Of a stretch of DNA of 64,000 nt, positions 41,317-52,406 are shown one piece after another. A model generated the notes under the pieces. That model did no database searches and was not told the DNA's origin. It worked only from the letters and a program-made list of their open reading frames with translations. The position numbers and the translations under genes are program-made. Source of the stretch: an uncultured Prochlorococcus sp. (GTDB lineage: Bacteria > Cyanobacteriota > Cyanobacteriia > PCC-6307 > Cyanobiaceae); the NCBI GenBank assembly GCA_902622625.1, contig CACNQS010000001.1:23942-87941 (forward strand), in the 5' to 3' direction. Positions within the stretch are counted from its first letter, which is position 1. Every line of letters begins with the position of its first letter.

Positions 41317-43773
41317 TCAATTTAAGAAATCATGAATGAATTTATTATCAGCATTATCAATAAGAATATTCCTTAAAACAATATTTTTTTTTAAATCAGG
41401 ATCATCACTAACAATCTTAATAGCTTCTTCACGAGCCTTATCAATAAGGAATTTATTGTTAGGTAAATTGTCTAGTACAAAATCAGGCAATCCAGATTGT
41501 CTATATCCTAAAATCTGACCTGGACCTCTAAGCTCCAAGTCTTTTTCAGCAATATAAAAGCCATCATTAGATTTTTGCAAAACGCAAAGTCGTTTATTTT
41601 CTAATCCATTTTTATCGGGGGTTACCAGATAACAAAAAGATTTTGTTGATCCTCTACCAACTCTCCCCCGTAATTGATGTAGCTGGGACAATCCAAATCT
41701 ATCCGAATTATAAATAATCATAATTGTGGCGTTAGGCACATCAATGCCAACCTCAATTACTGTAGTTGAAACCAATATATTAATTTCATTCTTTAAAAAA
41801 GAATTAATTACTTCATTCTTTTCTTGTGAACTTAATTTGCCATGTAATAATCCAACTTTTTTGTTAAAAAAAACTTCTTCTGATAAATGTTTGAATGTTT
41901 TCTTTGCGGAGCTTAAATTCATTTTTTCTGAATCTTCTATTAGTGGCAAAATCACATAAGCTTGCTTTCCCTTATTAATCTCATCTTGAACAATTTTGAA
42001 CAAGTTAGTTAAATCATCTTCTGAAATTATTTTTGTAGTTATAGGAACTCTCCCTGGAGGGAGTTCTGTAATTTGACTCACATCTAAATCACCATAAATG
42101 GAAAGCGCAAGAGTTCTTGGAATTGGTGTTGCTGTCATTGATAACAAGTGAGTATTTTCTCCTTTATTTAGTAATCTATTTCTTTGAGTAACTCCAAATC
42201 TATGTTGTTCATCAATTACGACCATCCCTAATGCATTAAAGATAACTTTATCCTCAAATAATGCATGAGTACCTACGAGGATATCAACTAATCCATTTTT
42301 CAAATTTAAGAAAATTTCTTTTCTCTTTTTTTGAGGAGTATTTCCAGTAAGTAGTTCAACAGAAACTAAAAGGGGGTTCAAATATTTTAATAAATTTTTA
42401 TAATGTTGTTCTGCCAATACCTCAGTTGGGACCATAAATGCACCTTGCAGATTTTTTTCAATGACGGTTAAAAGAGAAGCTATTGCAATTATGGTTTTAC
42501 CGCTTCCCACATCTCCCTGAAGCAATCTAGACATTGGTACGGGATTAGATAAATCTTTCTTTATTTCATTTAAAACATTTTCTTGAGATTTTGTTAATTC
42601 AAAAGGAAAAGTATTTAAAAATTCTTTTAATAAAGATTTCTTTTGAGGTAATTGTTTAGAAGTTACATTTTTGTTCGTCTTTCTTTTTCTAAGTAGGAAC
42701 TTTATTTGCAATAGGAGCAATTCATCAAAAACCAAACGTTTTTTTGACTCAATAAGTGCCTGTTTAGTTGTTGGAAAATGAATATTAATCAACGACTCTC
42801 CTTTTGATAATAAAGATAATGAATCAAGTTGTTTCTTATTTAAAATTTCTGGATATTGCTTTGCATAAATTAGTACCTTTTTCATAAGTTTTATAAAACT
42901 CATATTTGAAAATGCTTCACCTAATGAATACAAGGGCAATATTTTGCCTGAGAAATTAAAATTATCATTTTTATCTCTGAGAATTTCAATCTGCGGATCT
43001 ACAAAAGTTTTGCCATACTCTGTCAATTTAACCTTACCGGAAATTGCTAATTTTGTACCAGGAGTATACAAAGATTTTTGAGATGTGAAGAAGGAGTAAG
43101 ATCTAAATCTTCTTCCTAAAAAAAATTTTGTAACCTTTATTGATGAAGTCTCATCAGAAACTAAAAAATTCATTATTGATAAGTTACTATTCTTTTTACT
43201 CTTATGAATATAAAATCTCTTAACGTTTGCGATGCACGTGTATAAATTATCTGGTTTTAAATTTATTATCTTAACTCTATTCGTATAGTCTAGATATGTT
43301 CGTGGGAAATAATTAATTAGATCTTTTATATGAAATATCCCTAATTCGTTAAGCTTATTTTTATAAACTTTTCCAACATTTTTTATGAATGAAACATCTG
43401 AATTAATAGACAAACTTGAATCTGCTTTATTCAGAAAAACATTATTAGAAATCTTATTAGAACTATCAATTTCCAGTGATTTTCCTAGTTTATAAAGATT
43501 TTTTCTTGTATCTATAATTAACTTTTTTCTTTGATTTTCATTTAATTTATTATATTCATTATATTTTTTAGAAAATTCATAAAATATCCTTAAATATTCT
43601 TCTGATATATTTAGATTATCTAGTTTTTGCAATGATTCATGCAAAAAGTTATTAAAGTATTTTTCTCTTCCTAAAGTATTAATAAAATTATTTTCAGTTT
43701 CAATAGTAAGGGACTTTTGAAGAGGTCTTATCCAATCTTTAATTAATTTATTATTATTACCTCTAATAGTCAC
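41317..43773 (-). CDS. recG: ATP-dependent DNA helicase RecG
   Basis: QGDVGSGKT, DEQHRFG, TATPIPRT and QLRGRVGRG motifs. Confidence 0.97.
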   Translation of the reverse strand: MTIRGNNNKLIKDWIRPLQKSLTIETENNFINTLGREKYFNNFLHESLQKLDNLNISEEYLRIFYEFSKKYNEYNKLNENQRKKLIIDTRKNLYKLGKSLEIDSSNKISNNVFLNKADSSLSINSDVSFIKNVGKVYKNKLNELGIFHIKDLINYFPRTYLDYTNRVKIINLKPDNLYTCIANVKRFYIHKSKKNSNLSIMNFLVSDETSSIKVTKFFLGRRFRSYSFFTSQKSLYTPGTKLAISGKVKLTEYGKTFVDPQIEILRDKNDNFNFSGKILPLYSLGEAFSNMSFIKLMKKVLIYAKQYPEILNKKQLDSLSLLSKGESLINIHFPTTKQALIESKKRLVFDELLLLQIKFLLRKRKTNKNVTSKQLPQKKSLLKEFLNTFPFELTKSQENVLNEIKKDLSNPVPMSRLLQGDVGSGKTIIAIASLLTVIEKNLQGAFMVPTEVLAEQHYKNLLKYLNPLLVSVELLTGNTPQKKRKEIFLNLKNGLVDILVGTHALFEDKVIFNALGMVVIDEQHRFGVTQRNRLLNKGENTHLLSMTATPIPRTLALSIYGDLDVSQITELPPGRVPITTKIISEDDLTNLFKIVQDEINKGKQAYVILPLIEDSEKMNLSSAKKTFKHLSEEVFFNKKVGLLHGKLSSQEKNEVINSFLKNEINILVSTTVIEVGIDVPNATIMIIYNSDRFGLSQLHQLRGRVGRGSTKSFCYLVTPDKNGLENKRLCVLQKSNDGFYIAEKDLELRGPGQILGYRQSGLPDFVLDNLPNNKFLIDKAREEAIKIVSDDPDLKKNIVLRNILIDNADNKFIHDFLN

Positions 43774-43795
43774 ATTTGAAAAAAGAGTTATTTTT

Positions 43796-44881
43796 TCAAC
43801 GTATTTTATTCAAAGTTATTTCTTTTTGCTTCCAATATGTCTCTTTTTTAATCAAACGCTGAAATTGATTTTTTAGCTCATTTATTTTGTTCCTTTGAAT
43901 AGAAAGATCTAAATTTTTAAACTCTAATTCAACAGTAGATATATTGAAGAAAATAATGCTTGGAAAATTGTTGCCTTTTAATGATGACCGATTTAAGTTT
44001 AATTCGAAATTAATAACAAAAGGATATGGGTGTTTTATCGTAAAATTTTTGCTTACTAAGTAACCAAAGGAATCTTTAGATATAATCTTTTTTATTAGAT
44101 TTGCCTTGAATAATTCTTGGTTGATATCATATGAAAGATTAAATAGTAAATTTTCCAATGACTTGTCAATTAAATCAAAATTATTAAGAATCTGATTTTT
44201 TGGTAAATTATCCATTTGTTTGATATTTTCTTTTTCTGGATGTCTTGGCTTTTCCACCATTTCTTCTCCTATTAATTCAAGTAAAGAGGAAATGAATTGT
44301 TTTTCAAATCCTAAATTTTCAAAAATATTGTTTTTAGATAAATAATTATTATGGTCGTTATAGTCTAAATCTAGTGATACGAATTTCTCATAATTTTGAG
44401 CTTGATAATATTCAGAAGTATTTGAAAAGTCTTTACTAATATCTAACTGAACGGGTTCTTTTAATTGAAAACCATCTTCATATTGAAGCTTTTCTTTTTG
44501 ATCATCCTTTATTTTTGTGGAACTATCAAAAATAGTAGAATTAATTTCTTTATTTATATTTTTTTCAATTTGATTTATCTTTAATTGTTCTACTGTTAAA
44601 AAGGGCAAATTCGTAAATATTAATTTACTTATTTTTTTTTCAAAAAGACTAAAGTATTCATTTTCATTTGAGAAATTATCATTAACTGTTGGATAACTAT
44701 AAATTTGATTAAGGCCTTTTTCTACAGAGATGAAAAGTAGATCTCTTACTAGATTAAGATAAAGTTCATATTCCTTATGGATATTTCTAATTAATATTCT
44801 TTTTTGTGTGTCTGCTCTCTCTAATTGAGAGTTAATTTTATTTATATCTTTGTAATTATTGAGATTATTCAAATCATTCAA
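43796..44881 (-). CDS. Conserved hypothetical protein
   Basis: Long ORF between tsf and recG. Start placed at TTG 44881, just after the tsf stop, rather than 44950 which overlaps tsf. Confidence 0.7.
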   Translation of the reverse strand: MNDLNNLNNYKDINKINSQLERADTQKRILIRNIHKEYELYLNLVRDLLFISVEKGLNQIYSYPTVNDNFSNENEYFSLFEKKISKLIFTNLPFLTVEQLKINQIEKNINKEINSTIFDSSTKIKDDQKEKLQYEDGFQLKEPVQLDISKDFSNTSEYYQAQNYEKFVSLDLDYNDHNNYLSKNNIFENLGFEKQFISSLLELIGEEMVEKPRHPEKENIKQMDNLPKNQILNNFDLIDKSLENLLFNLSYDINQELFKANLIKKIISKDSFGYLVSKNFTIKHPYPFVINFELNLNRSSLKGNNFPSIIFFNISTVELEFKNLDLSIQRNKINELKNQFQRLIKKETYWKQKEITLNKIR

Positions 44882-44885
44882 GTGA

Positions 44886-45542
44886 CTAGTTTGTTTGCAT
44901 TGAAGCAACCTCTTGAGCAAAGTCCATCTCATTTTTTTCGATACCTTCACCCAATGTATATCTTGTAAAGCGTCTTACTTTAATATTTTCCCCAATTTTT
45001 GCAGCCGCTTGTTTAACAAGATCTTCAACAGTTAGAGAACTATCTTTAATATAGGGTTGTGAAAGCAAAACAAGCTCATTAAGTCTTTTTGCTATTCTCC
45101 CTTCAACTATTTTTTCTTTAATTTGCTCTGGTTTCCCTGACAAATCATCCCTGCCCATTTCAATCTGCTTTTCTTTTTCCACGACATCTTCTGGTATTTC
45201 ATCAACTGATACATACTCAACATTTGGGCATGCTGCTACTTGCATCGAAACATCCTTCAACAGAGATTGGAATATTTCACCTCTAGCAACGAAATCAGTT
45301 TCACAATTTAACTCTAGTAAAACTCCGACTCTTGATCCAGTATGTATATAACTACCAATTGACCCTTCGGCCGCTACTCTTCCCGATTTCTTTTCAGCAC
45401 TAGCTATACCTTTCTTTCTTAACCATTCCAAAGCTTTATCTAGATTTCCTCCAGTTTCGTTAAGTGCTTTTTTGCAGTCCATCATTCCTGCGCCAGTTTT
45501 GTCTCTAAGATCTTTTACAAGTTTTGCTGTAATGTTTCCCAT
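44886..45542 (-). CDS. tsf: Elongation factor Ts
   Basis: [16 protein letters not shown] and NCETDFVA motifs. Confidence 0.98.
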   Translation of the reverse strand: MGNITAKLVKDLRDKTGAGMMDCKKALNETGGNLDKALEWLRKKGIASAEKKSGRVAAEGSIGSYIHTGSRVGVLLELNCETDFVARGEIFQSLLKDVSMQVAACPNVEYVSVDEIPEDVVEKEKQIEMGRDDLSGKPEQIKEKIVEGRIAKRLNELVLLSQPYIKDSSLTVEDLVKQAAAKIGENIKVRRFTRYTLGEGIEKNEMDFAQEVASMQTN

Positions 45543-45586
45543 TTGAAGTAATAAAAATTAGTGAATAATAAGTTTTAAATTGGAAT

Positions 45587-46291
45587 TTAATTTTTTCTTT
45601 CGGCATTAGAGCCCTTTCTACCCTCATTTATGGCATCTGCAAGTCTTCCTAAAATAAGTTGCACAGATCTAACGGCATCATCGTTACAAGGAATTGGAAC
45701 TTCACACAAATCAGGATCGCAATTTGTATCCAACATTGATACTAATGAAATATCTAATTTTCTAGCTTCTAATACTGCATTAGATTCTCTTCTCTGATCA
45801 ACCAGTACAACTACATCAGGTAATCTTCTCATACCCTTAAGTCCACCCAAGTATTTTTGTAATCTTTCAAGTTCTCTCCTTAATACTGCAGCTTCTTTTT
45901 TGGGCCTCATTGCTATTGAACCGCTACTTTCCATTCTTTCAAGATCCTTTAATCTTTCAATCCTAGCTTTCATTGTTGTCCAATTAGTCAACATCCCTCC
46001 AAGCCACCTTTGATTTACATATGCAGCTCCACAGCGTATAGCCTCCTGAGCTACTACATCTGATGCTTGTTTTTTTGTACCAACAAATAGGAAACGTTTA
46101 CCGCTTTTTGCTGCGTTTCTTGTCCATTTATACGCATTGTTCATACACAATGCTGTTTTTACAAGATCAATAATATGAACTCCATTTCTCGCGCAATATA
46201 TATACTTCGACATCTTGGGGTTCCAACGTCTAGTTTGATGCCCAAAGTGAGCACCAGCTTCCATCATTTCTGATAGTGATACAACAGCCAT
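45587..46291 (-). CDS. rpsB: 30S ribosomal protein S2
   Basis: [25 protein letters not shown] and PCNDDA motifs. Confidence 0.99.
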   Translation of the reverse strand: MAVVSLSEMMEAGAHFGHQTRRWNPKMSKYIYCARNGVHIIDLVKTALCMNNAYKWTRNAAKSGKRFLFVGTKKQASDVVAQEAIRCGAAYVNQRWLGGMLTNWTTMKARIERLKDLERMESSGSIAMRPKKEAAVLRRELERLQKYLGGLKGMRRLPDVVVLVDQRRESNAVLEARKLDISLVSMLDTNCDPDLCEVPIPCNDDAVRSVQLILGRLADAINEGRKGSNAERKN

Positions 46292-46299
46292 AATTTAAA

Positions 46300-46375
46300 A
46301 AGGGTTTCGGGTTAGCCTCCATCTGACGGGAAATTAATATTAATAAATCACCCGAAACTGTCAGATGTGTGGATT
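46300..46375 (-). ncRNA. rpsB (S2) leader, autoregulatory structured RNA
   Basis: Minus strand reads CACAC-ATCTGAC...GTCAGATG-GAGGC-TAACCC like known S2 leaders. Stem 46367-46360/46327-46320 crosses a second pairing 46358-46350/46312-46304. Confidence 0.85.
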
Positions 46376-46420
46376 TAATTTCAATTATTTTAGCAAGTGA
46401 TGTGTATTTCTAAAAGTTTT

Positions 46421-47332
46421 TTATCTTGATTTGGTTAAATGCTGAATGTAAATCTTATTTAGAGGGATCCTAAGAATCTCAAGTGCAAGTCTATTTCTTC
46501 TTTTATTTACAAGGAATCTTAATAAAGGAAGAATTCTATCAACACTGATTAATCCTCCCAAGCAAAGAATTTGCCAAAGCAAATTATGAAGAGGAGTTAA
46601 TTGAATCATAAATCTAACCCTTAAATTTGGATGTTTCTTATAAAACACCAACGCCATTTTTGCTCTCTCTTTTTCTTGAGCTATTAATGAATCTATTTGT
46701 TCGCAATTAAATGGCGGATGCCAATGAAAACCTACTGCATTTGGACATTTAATTAATTTTGTCCCAATTTTTTTTAATCTTTCTCCAAGTTCTAAATCCT
46801 CCCAACCGTAAAGACTAAAAGAAGTATCAAACAATCCCACACTTAAAATCAATTCTTTTGATATCGCAACATTCCCAGTTGCAAAGTAAGCAAAAGAAGT
46901 GTCCATTATTTTATATTTTTCACTCTGAGGATTTAGAAAATTAGATGTATTGACTACCGAGCCATAGGTAAAACATTTTTTTTCATTTTTTTTCCAAGAG
47001 GCAAGTAATTTTTCTACATGGCAATTTATAAAATTGTCTAAAACAATAAGATCACTATCAATGAATATAATAATTTCATATTTTGATTTAATTACTCCCA
47101 GATTTCTTCCAAGTGCAGGACCTCCATGTTCTTGCTGGAATAGAATAACGTGTGGGAGATTAGCTTTGTTTTTATTTATCCATGAGGTTGTCCCATCAGT
47201 TGATCCATCATCAACAACTATTACTTCATAATTACTTATATTTGTATTTAATTTTTGATTCTCAAGCGCAAAGAGACATTTCTCTAATATAGGTAATCTA
47301 TTGTAAGTCGGTATAACAATACTTACATTCAT
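46421..47332 (-). CDS. Glycosyltransferase family 2
   Basis: SIVIPTYN, VVDDGSTDGT, FIDSD and YGWEDLELG motifs. Confidence 0.93.
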   Translation of the reverse strand: MNVSIVIPTYNRLPILEKCLFALENQKLNTNISNYEVIVVDDGSTDGTTSWINKNKANLPHVILFQQEHGGPALGRNLGVIKSKYEIIIFIDSDLIVLDNFINCHVEKLLASWKKNEKKCFTYGSVVNTSNFLNPQSEKYKIMDTSFAYFATGNVAISKELILSVGLFDTSFSLYGWEDLELGERLKKIGTKLIKCPNAVGFHWHPPFNCEQIDSLIAQEKERAKMALVFYKKHPNLRVRFMIQLTPLHNLLWQILCLGGLISVDRILPLLRFLVNKRRNRLALEILRIPLNKIYIQHLTKSR

Positions 47333-47392
47333 GATTATGTCTTAAATATGCATAATATATTGAACTCCAAAAGATAAAAATAAAGATATTAC

Positions 47393-47542
47393 CTAATCAG
47401 CTGCACCGCCATTATTTGCTGTACCTGTAACGTTCCCACCATCAGGTCTTCCATCAGTTCTTAATTTCCTTTTTTTGAATTTTCTAGCGTAGGCTCGATT
47501 ACGTTCCTGCTTTTCTTTTTTTAGATTCCTTCTCTTAGACAT
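47393..47542 (-). CDS. 49-aa highly basic small protein (candidate ribosome/RNA-associated)
   Basis: Manual translation: MSKRRNLKKEKQERNRAYARKFKKRKLRTDGRPDGGNVTGTANNGGAAD*; below the ORF-track cutoff. Confidence 0.8.
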   Translation of the reverse strand: MSKRRNLKKEKQERNRAYARKFKKRKLRTDGRPDGGNVTGTANNGGAAD

Positions 47543-47560
47543 GAAATTTTTAACTTTTAA

Positions 47561-48289
47561 TTATATTAGCTCACTATGAGCACTATATATTTTACCATCT
47601 TCCATATTTAATATCCTATCAGCCATATCAGAAATTCTTGGATCATGCGTCACCATAAGTACAGAACAATTTTGCTCTTTTGCTAGTTTTCTTAAAAGGG
47701 TTACTATTTCTCTTCCTGTGACGCTATCTAAAGCAGAAGTGGGCTCATCCGCTAATAAAAGTTTTGGGTTAGCAGATAAAGCTCGAGCAATTGCTACTCT
47801 CTGTTTCTGCCCACCAGATAAGTCATTTGGCAACTTTTTATGATGTTCTTCTAATCCTACTGCAGACAACCAATTCCTTGCTATTTCACGTCTTTGTAAA
47901 TATGTTAAATCTTGTATTAAATCGGCACCCATCTGGACATTTTGTTCCGCTGTTAAACATCTCAGAAGATTGTGACCTTGAAAAATCATTCCAATACTTC
48001 TTCTAAGAATCTGACGCGTTTTCCTTGATGCTCCATTTAACTGATTATTTAATACCGTTAAATCTCCACTTTGACAGGTTCTCAAGGCACCAATTAATGT
48101 CAAAAGAGTCGTTTTACCACATCCAGAAGGTCCTTTTAAAAGAACCAACTCTCCTTTATCAATATTTAAATTAACGTCATTAAGAACTTGTTTTTTATTC
48201 TCATTTTTTCCATAAAAGTGACTCAAATTATTTATTGAGACTGTTTTAAGGTTTTTTACATTATTTTTTAATTTATTAGCTTTAAACAT
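47561..48289 (-). CDS. devA: DevA family ABC exporter ATP-binding protein
   Basis: GPSGCGKTT, LSGGQKQRVAIAR and ADEPTSALD motifs; context with devBC. Confidence 0.9.
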   Translation of the reverse strand: MFKANKLKNNVKNLKTVSINNLSHFYGKNENKKQVLNDVNLNIDKGELVLLKGPSGCGKTTLLTLIGALRTCQSGDLTVLNNQLNGASRKTRQILRRSIGMIFQGHNLLRCLTAEQNVQMGADLIQDLTYLQRREIARNWLSAVGLEEHHKKLPNDLSGGQKQRVAIARALSANPKLLLADEPTSALDSVTGREIVTLLRKLAKEQNCSVLMVTHDPRISDMADRILNMEDGKIYSAHSELI

Positions 48290-48302
48290 TTATCTTTAAT
48301 TG

Positions 48303-49475
48303 TTAAAAAATTTCGGCAGGATCAGCGTCAACTAATTTACGCATCGCAACAGCGGCGGAACCCATACACATAACTAGAACTAATACGAATATTAAAATAG
48401 TTTTTTCTGCGTCCATTATTATTGGGAGTTTAGTAGAACTTCTTATAACTGAGTAAAGTATTTGACCAGAGAAATAAGCAGGTAAATATCCAAACAATGC
48501 CAACAAAAAACCCTCTCTAGCTACTACAAAGAAAAGAGACTTAAGTCTATACCCCATTGCCAATAAGGTAGCGTACTCTGGGAGGTGATCTGTAACATCA
48601 CTATAAAGAATTTGATAAACGACCACACACCCTACAACAAAACCCATCAAGGCTCCCAAACTAAATATAAAACCAATTGCAGTACTATTTTTCCAATAAT
48701 TCTTTTCAAATTCTATAAATTGTTTTTTTGAAAGAACCCTAACATCATTTGGGAGTGAGTTATTTAATATCCTTGAAATCAATTCAGGATCAGATCCTTT
48801 TTTTAGCTTTACCAAACCAATTTCTATACTGCCAGGAGGATTAGCAGGAAAAAGTCTTAAGAAGGTTTCTCGACTAGTTATCAAATTACCATCTGCACCA
48901 AAAGATGGTCCCAACTCCACGAGGCCCTCTACAATTACTCTTTTCCCAGCAACCTCAGTCTCAACTTTTTTTTCAGATAAGAACCATTCTTCAATCGGTC
49001 CAAATTCAGGTCTAGATAGTTTGTCAAAAAGAACTCTTGATGGATTTCTCAATTTATAAGCTTTCTTTGAGAATCCCTTATCTAAAAGAAGTGAATCTGA
49101 GGGATTAAAACCTAATGCAAGTATTGATCTAGTTTTAAGATTTTCGGGATTTCTCCAAAGTAAATAATTTAGATTAACGGGAGCAGTTTTTTCAACATCT
49201 TCTACTGCGAGAGTTTGAATTAACCTTCTTTTTGGGAATCCACTCATGCTTATAGAACTTTTTGATCTAGGACTTATCAAAACGAGATCGGTATCTAGAA
49301 GTTTATGAATAGTTACACTCGTATCAAATAAACCATCTCTAAAACCTAATTGCATAAACATCAAAATCCCTGCAAAACTGATTCCAGCTATGGCCACTGC
49401 TAGCCTTAATGGTTGCCTAGTTAATAACAACCAAGCTAATGGGATTTTTCTAAATTTAAAAAAAGAAAACCTCAT
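48303..49475 (-). CDS. devC: DevC family ABC exporter permease
   Basis: IPLAWLLL, LMFMQLGF, YQILYSDV and ADPAEIF motifs. Confidence 0.92.
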   Translation of the reverse strand: MRFSFFKFRKIPLAWLLLTRQPLRLAVAIAGISFAGILMFMQLGFRDGLFDTSVTIHKLLDTDLVLISPRSKSSISMSGFPKRRLIQTLAVEDVEKTAPVNLNYLLWRNPENLKTRSILALGFNPSDSLLLDKGFSKKAYKLRNPSRVLFDKLSRPEFGPIEEWFLSEKKVETEVAGKRVIVEGLVELGPSFGADGNLITSRETFLRLFPANPPGSIEIGLVKLKKGSDPELISRILNNSLPNDVRVLSKKQFIEFEKNYWKNSTAIGFIFSLGALMGFVVGCVVVYQILYSDVTDHLPEYATLLAMGYRLKSLFFVVAREGFLLALFGYLPAYFSGQILYSVIRSSTKLPIIMDAEKTILIFVLVLVMCMGSAAVAMRKLVDADPAEIF

Positions 49476-50388
49476 TAGGGGATAAATTTTGCAATCACTT
49501 TCATTCCTGCATAGTTTTGAACGATATCTATAGAATCTTGATCTAGTTTTACTAATACCTCGATAATTCGCGAATCAGCATCCCCTGTTGGATCAGTCGA
49601 TAAAACTTTTCTTTGTTTTACCTTAGGACTAATCCTAATCACCTTTCCTTTGAGATTTTTTTGGAAACCGCCATTTTCACTGCTCAATTCAACATCCTGA
49701 GAGATAAAGACTCTATCGATGTCAGATTCATAAACCTCTATCAAAGCTTCCATTTTTTGACTAGAACCAATATCCAAAATCCCTTCATTTTGAGACCTCT
49801 CACCAACTCTTGTATTTATTCCAAGGATAAAACCATCAATTGGACTCCTTAGTTTTGAATTAAATAGATCTATCTTGATATTTTTTTGATCTCCTATGAG
49901 GTTTATTTTCTGTTTTTGCAATTTTAATAATTCATCTTTTCTCTGTGAAAACTCTACAAAAGAATATACATCTTTGCTCAAAGCTTGCTCATACCGTTGA
50001 ATTTGATCTTTTTTTAGGGTAATTTCTTCGTTAATAGTATTAATTAGATTTTCATTTCTTTCAAGATCAGCAATTAATTTTTCTCCATTTTCAAAGATTG
50101 CTAGGATATCACCTTTTTTCACGAAATCTCCAACATTTACTAAAATTTCGACAATTCGGGGGGAAGAGCCAAACTGACTTATTGGAGCTGCTAATTGCCT
50201 GATCTCTCCCGAAGGAGAAAGTTGACCTAGTGCGGCAACAGCTGTAATAGGGGGTATGAAATCTGAAGTTAATTCATCTTGTAATTTTGAACTAGATTTA
50301 TTATTTCCGGAACAGGAGATAACCCCAAGAGATATTGGTGTAAATAATAAAAAATAAATAAATAAATTTTTTAATATTTTTAATTTCA

Positions 50389-50389
<1 letters not shown>
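49475..50389 (-). CDS. devB: DevB-like membrane fusion (HlyD) protein with possible lipoprotein signal
   Basis: VAALGQLSP, SPIDG, EVYESDI and RIIEVLV motifs; LGVISC possible lipobox. Confidence 0.85.
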
Positions 50390-51138
<749 letters not shown>

Positions 51139-51155
51139 TTAAAGATAGAACCAAA

Positions 51156-52406
51156 ATGAACGTAGGAGAAGTTAACTACTATACCCATTCAAGCAAAACT
51201 AGATGTGTGTTTGTGGATAATAAAGAATTGCCGCTTATAAGCATTGATATTTGGTGCAAAGCAGGTTCTTCATTTGAGAATGTTGATAAAAACGGCACTG
51301 CTCATTTTCTAGAACATATGATTTTTAAAGGATCTAACAAAATAATGCCAGGTGAGTTTGACCATAAAATTGAATCACTAGGCGGATTAAGTAACGCTTC
51401 AACAGGTTATGATGATGTACATTACCATGTCTTAGTTCCACACTGTAACTTTAAAGAATCACTTGCTCTTTTGACAAATATTGTCGTTGCTCCAGATTTT
51501 AATCCTGATGAATTTATAAAAGAAAAAGGGGTAGTTATTGATGAAATAAAACAACAAAATGATCAGCCTGAAGAAAGATTATTTAATTATTTTTTGAAAA
51601 GGGTTTGGTCAAGTCCTAATTATGCCAATTCGATTCTGGGAACTGAACATAGTATTAAAAACTTAGAGATAAATGACCTTGTGAAATTTCATAGCAAATA
51701 TTACACTACCGAAAAAATTTGTATCGCAATTGCCGGGAATCTTTCTGAAGAAATTTATAAAATTTTTGAAAAAAGTGATCTATCTGACATAAAAAAAGGG
51801 CCAAATTTAATAAATCCACAAAATAAACCTCTTTTAAAAATCAGGAATGGTAGAGAGTCAGTTAAGTTTGATAATTTAGAGTTTTCAAGAATATTTATGG
51901 CTTGGTTTATCCCAAAACTGAATGATCAAAAAAATATTATTGGACTAGAGATATTAGCATCAATACTCTCTGTTGGAAGAAACAGTAGATTAGTTAAAAT
52001 TTTAAAAGAAGATAGTAATCTTGTTGAATCAGTATATGTTGATGTAAATGCTGGTGAATTAGGCGGATTATTTATAATAGAAGCAAGTTGTGAGTCCAAA
52101 GATATTTATTTAGTAGAAAAACAAATTAATAAAACAATAGATGAGATCTCAAATTGTAAAGCCTTGGCTTTAGATGAATTAAATAAAGCAATAAATATTG
52201 TTAAAAGTAATTATATATTTAATTTAGAGACATCTACGCAACTTTCTTCATTCTTTGGAAATGAACTTCTTTGGGGGCGAAAATCTTCAATAAAAAATTT
52301 AGAGAGTCATTTAAAATATTGGAATAACTTGGATAACTTCAAAGAGATCACAGAATATATCCGTGGAGAAAAATTCACTTTAGTTGCTTACCCTGGTAAA
52401 TGTTAA
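51156..52406 (+). CDS. M16 family zinc peptidase (active subunit)
   Basis: GTAHFLEHMIFKG (HxxEH) and NAST motifs. Confidence 0.92.
   Translation: MNVGEVNYYTHSSKTRCVFVDNKELPLISIDIWCKAGSSFENVDKNGTAHFLEHMIFKGSNKIMPGEFDHKIESLGGLSNASTGYDDVHYHVLVPHCNFKESLALLTNIVVAPDFNPDEFIKEKGVVIDEIKQQNDQPEERLFNYFLKRVWSSPNYANSILGTEHSIKNLEINDLVKFHSKYYTTEKICIAIAGNLSEEIYKIFEKSDLSDIKKGPNLINPQNKPLLKIRNGRESVKFDNLEFSRIFMAWFIPKLNDQKNIIGLEILASILSVGRNSRLVKILKEDSNLVESVYVDVNAGELGGLFIIEASCESKDIYLVEKQINKTIDEISNCKALALDELNKAINIVKSNYIFNLETSTQLSSFFGNELLWGRKSSIKNLESHLKYWNNLDNFKEITEYIRGEKFTLVAYPGKC

Noticed and set aside
44882-44950. N-terminal extension of the 384-aa ORF overlapping tsf
   Set aside because: A TTG start right after the tsf stop removes the 65-nt overlap; there is no evidence for a real overlapping frame.
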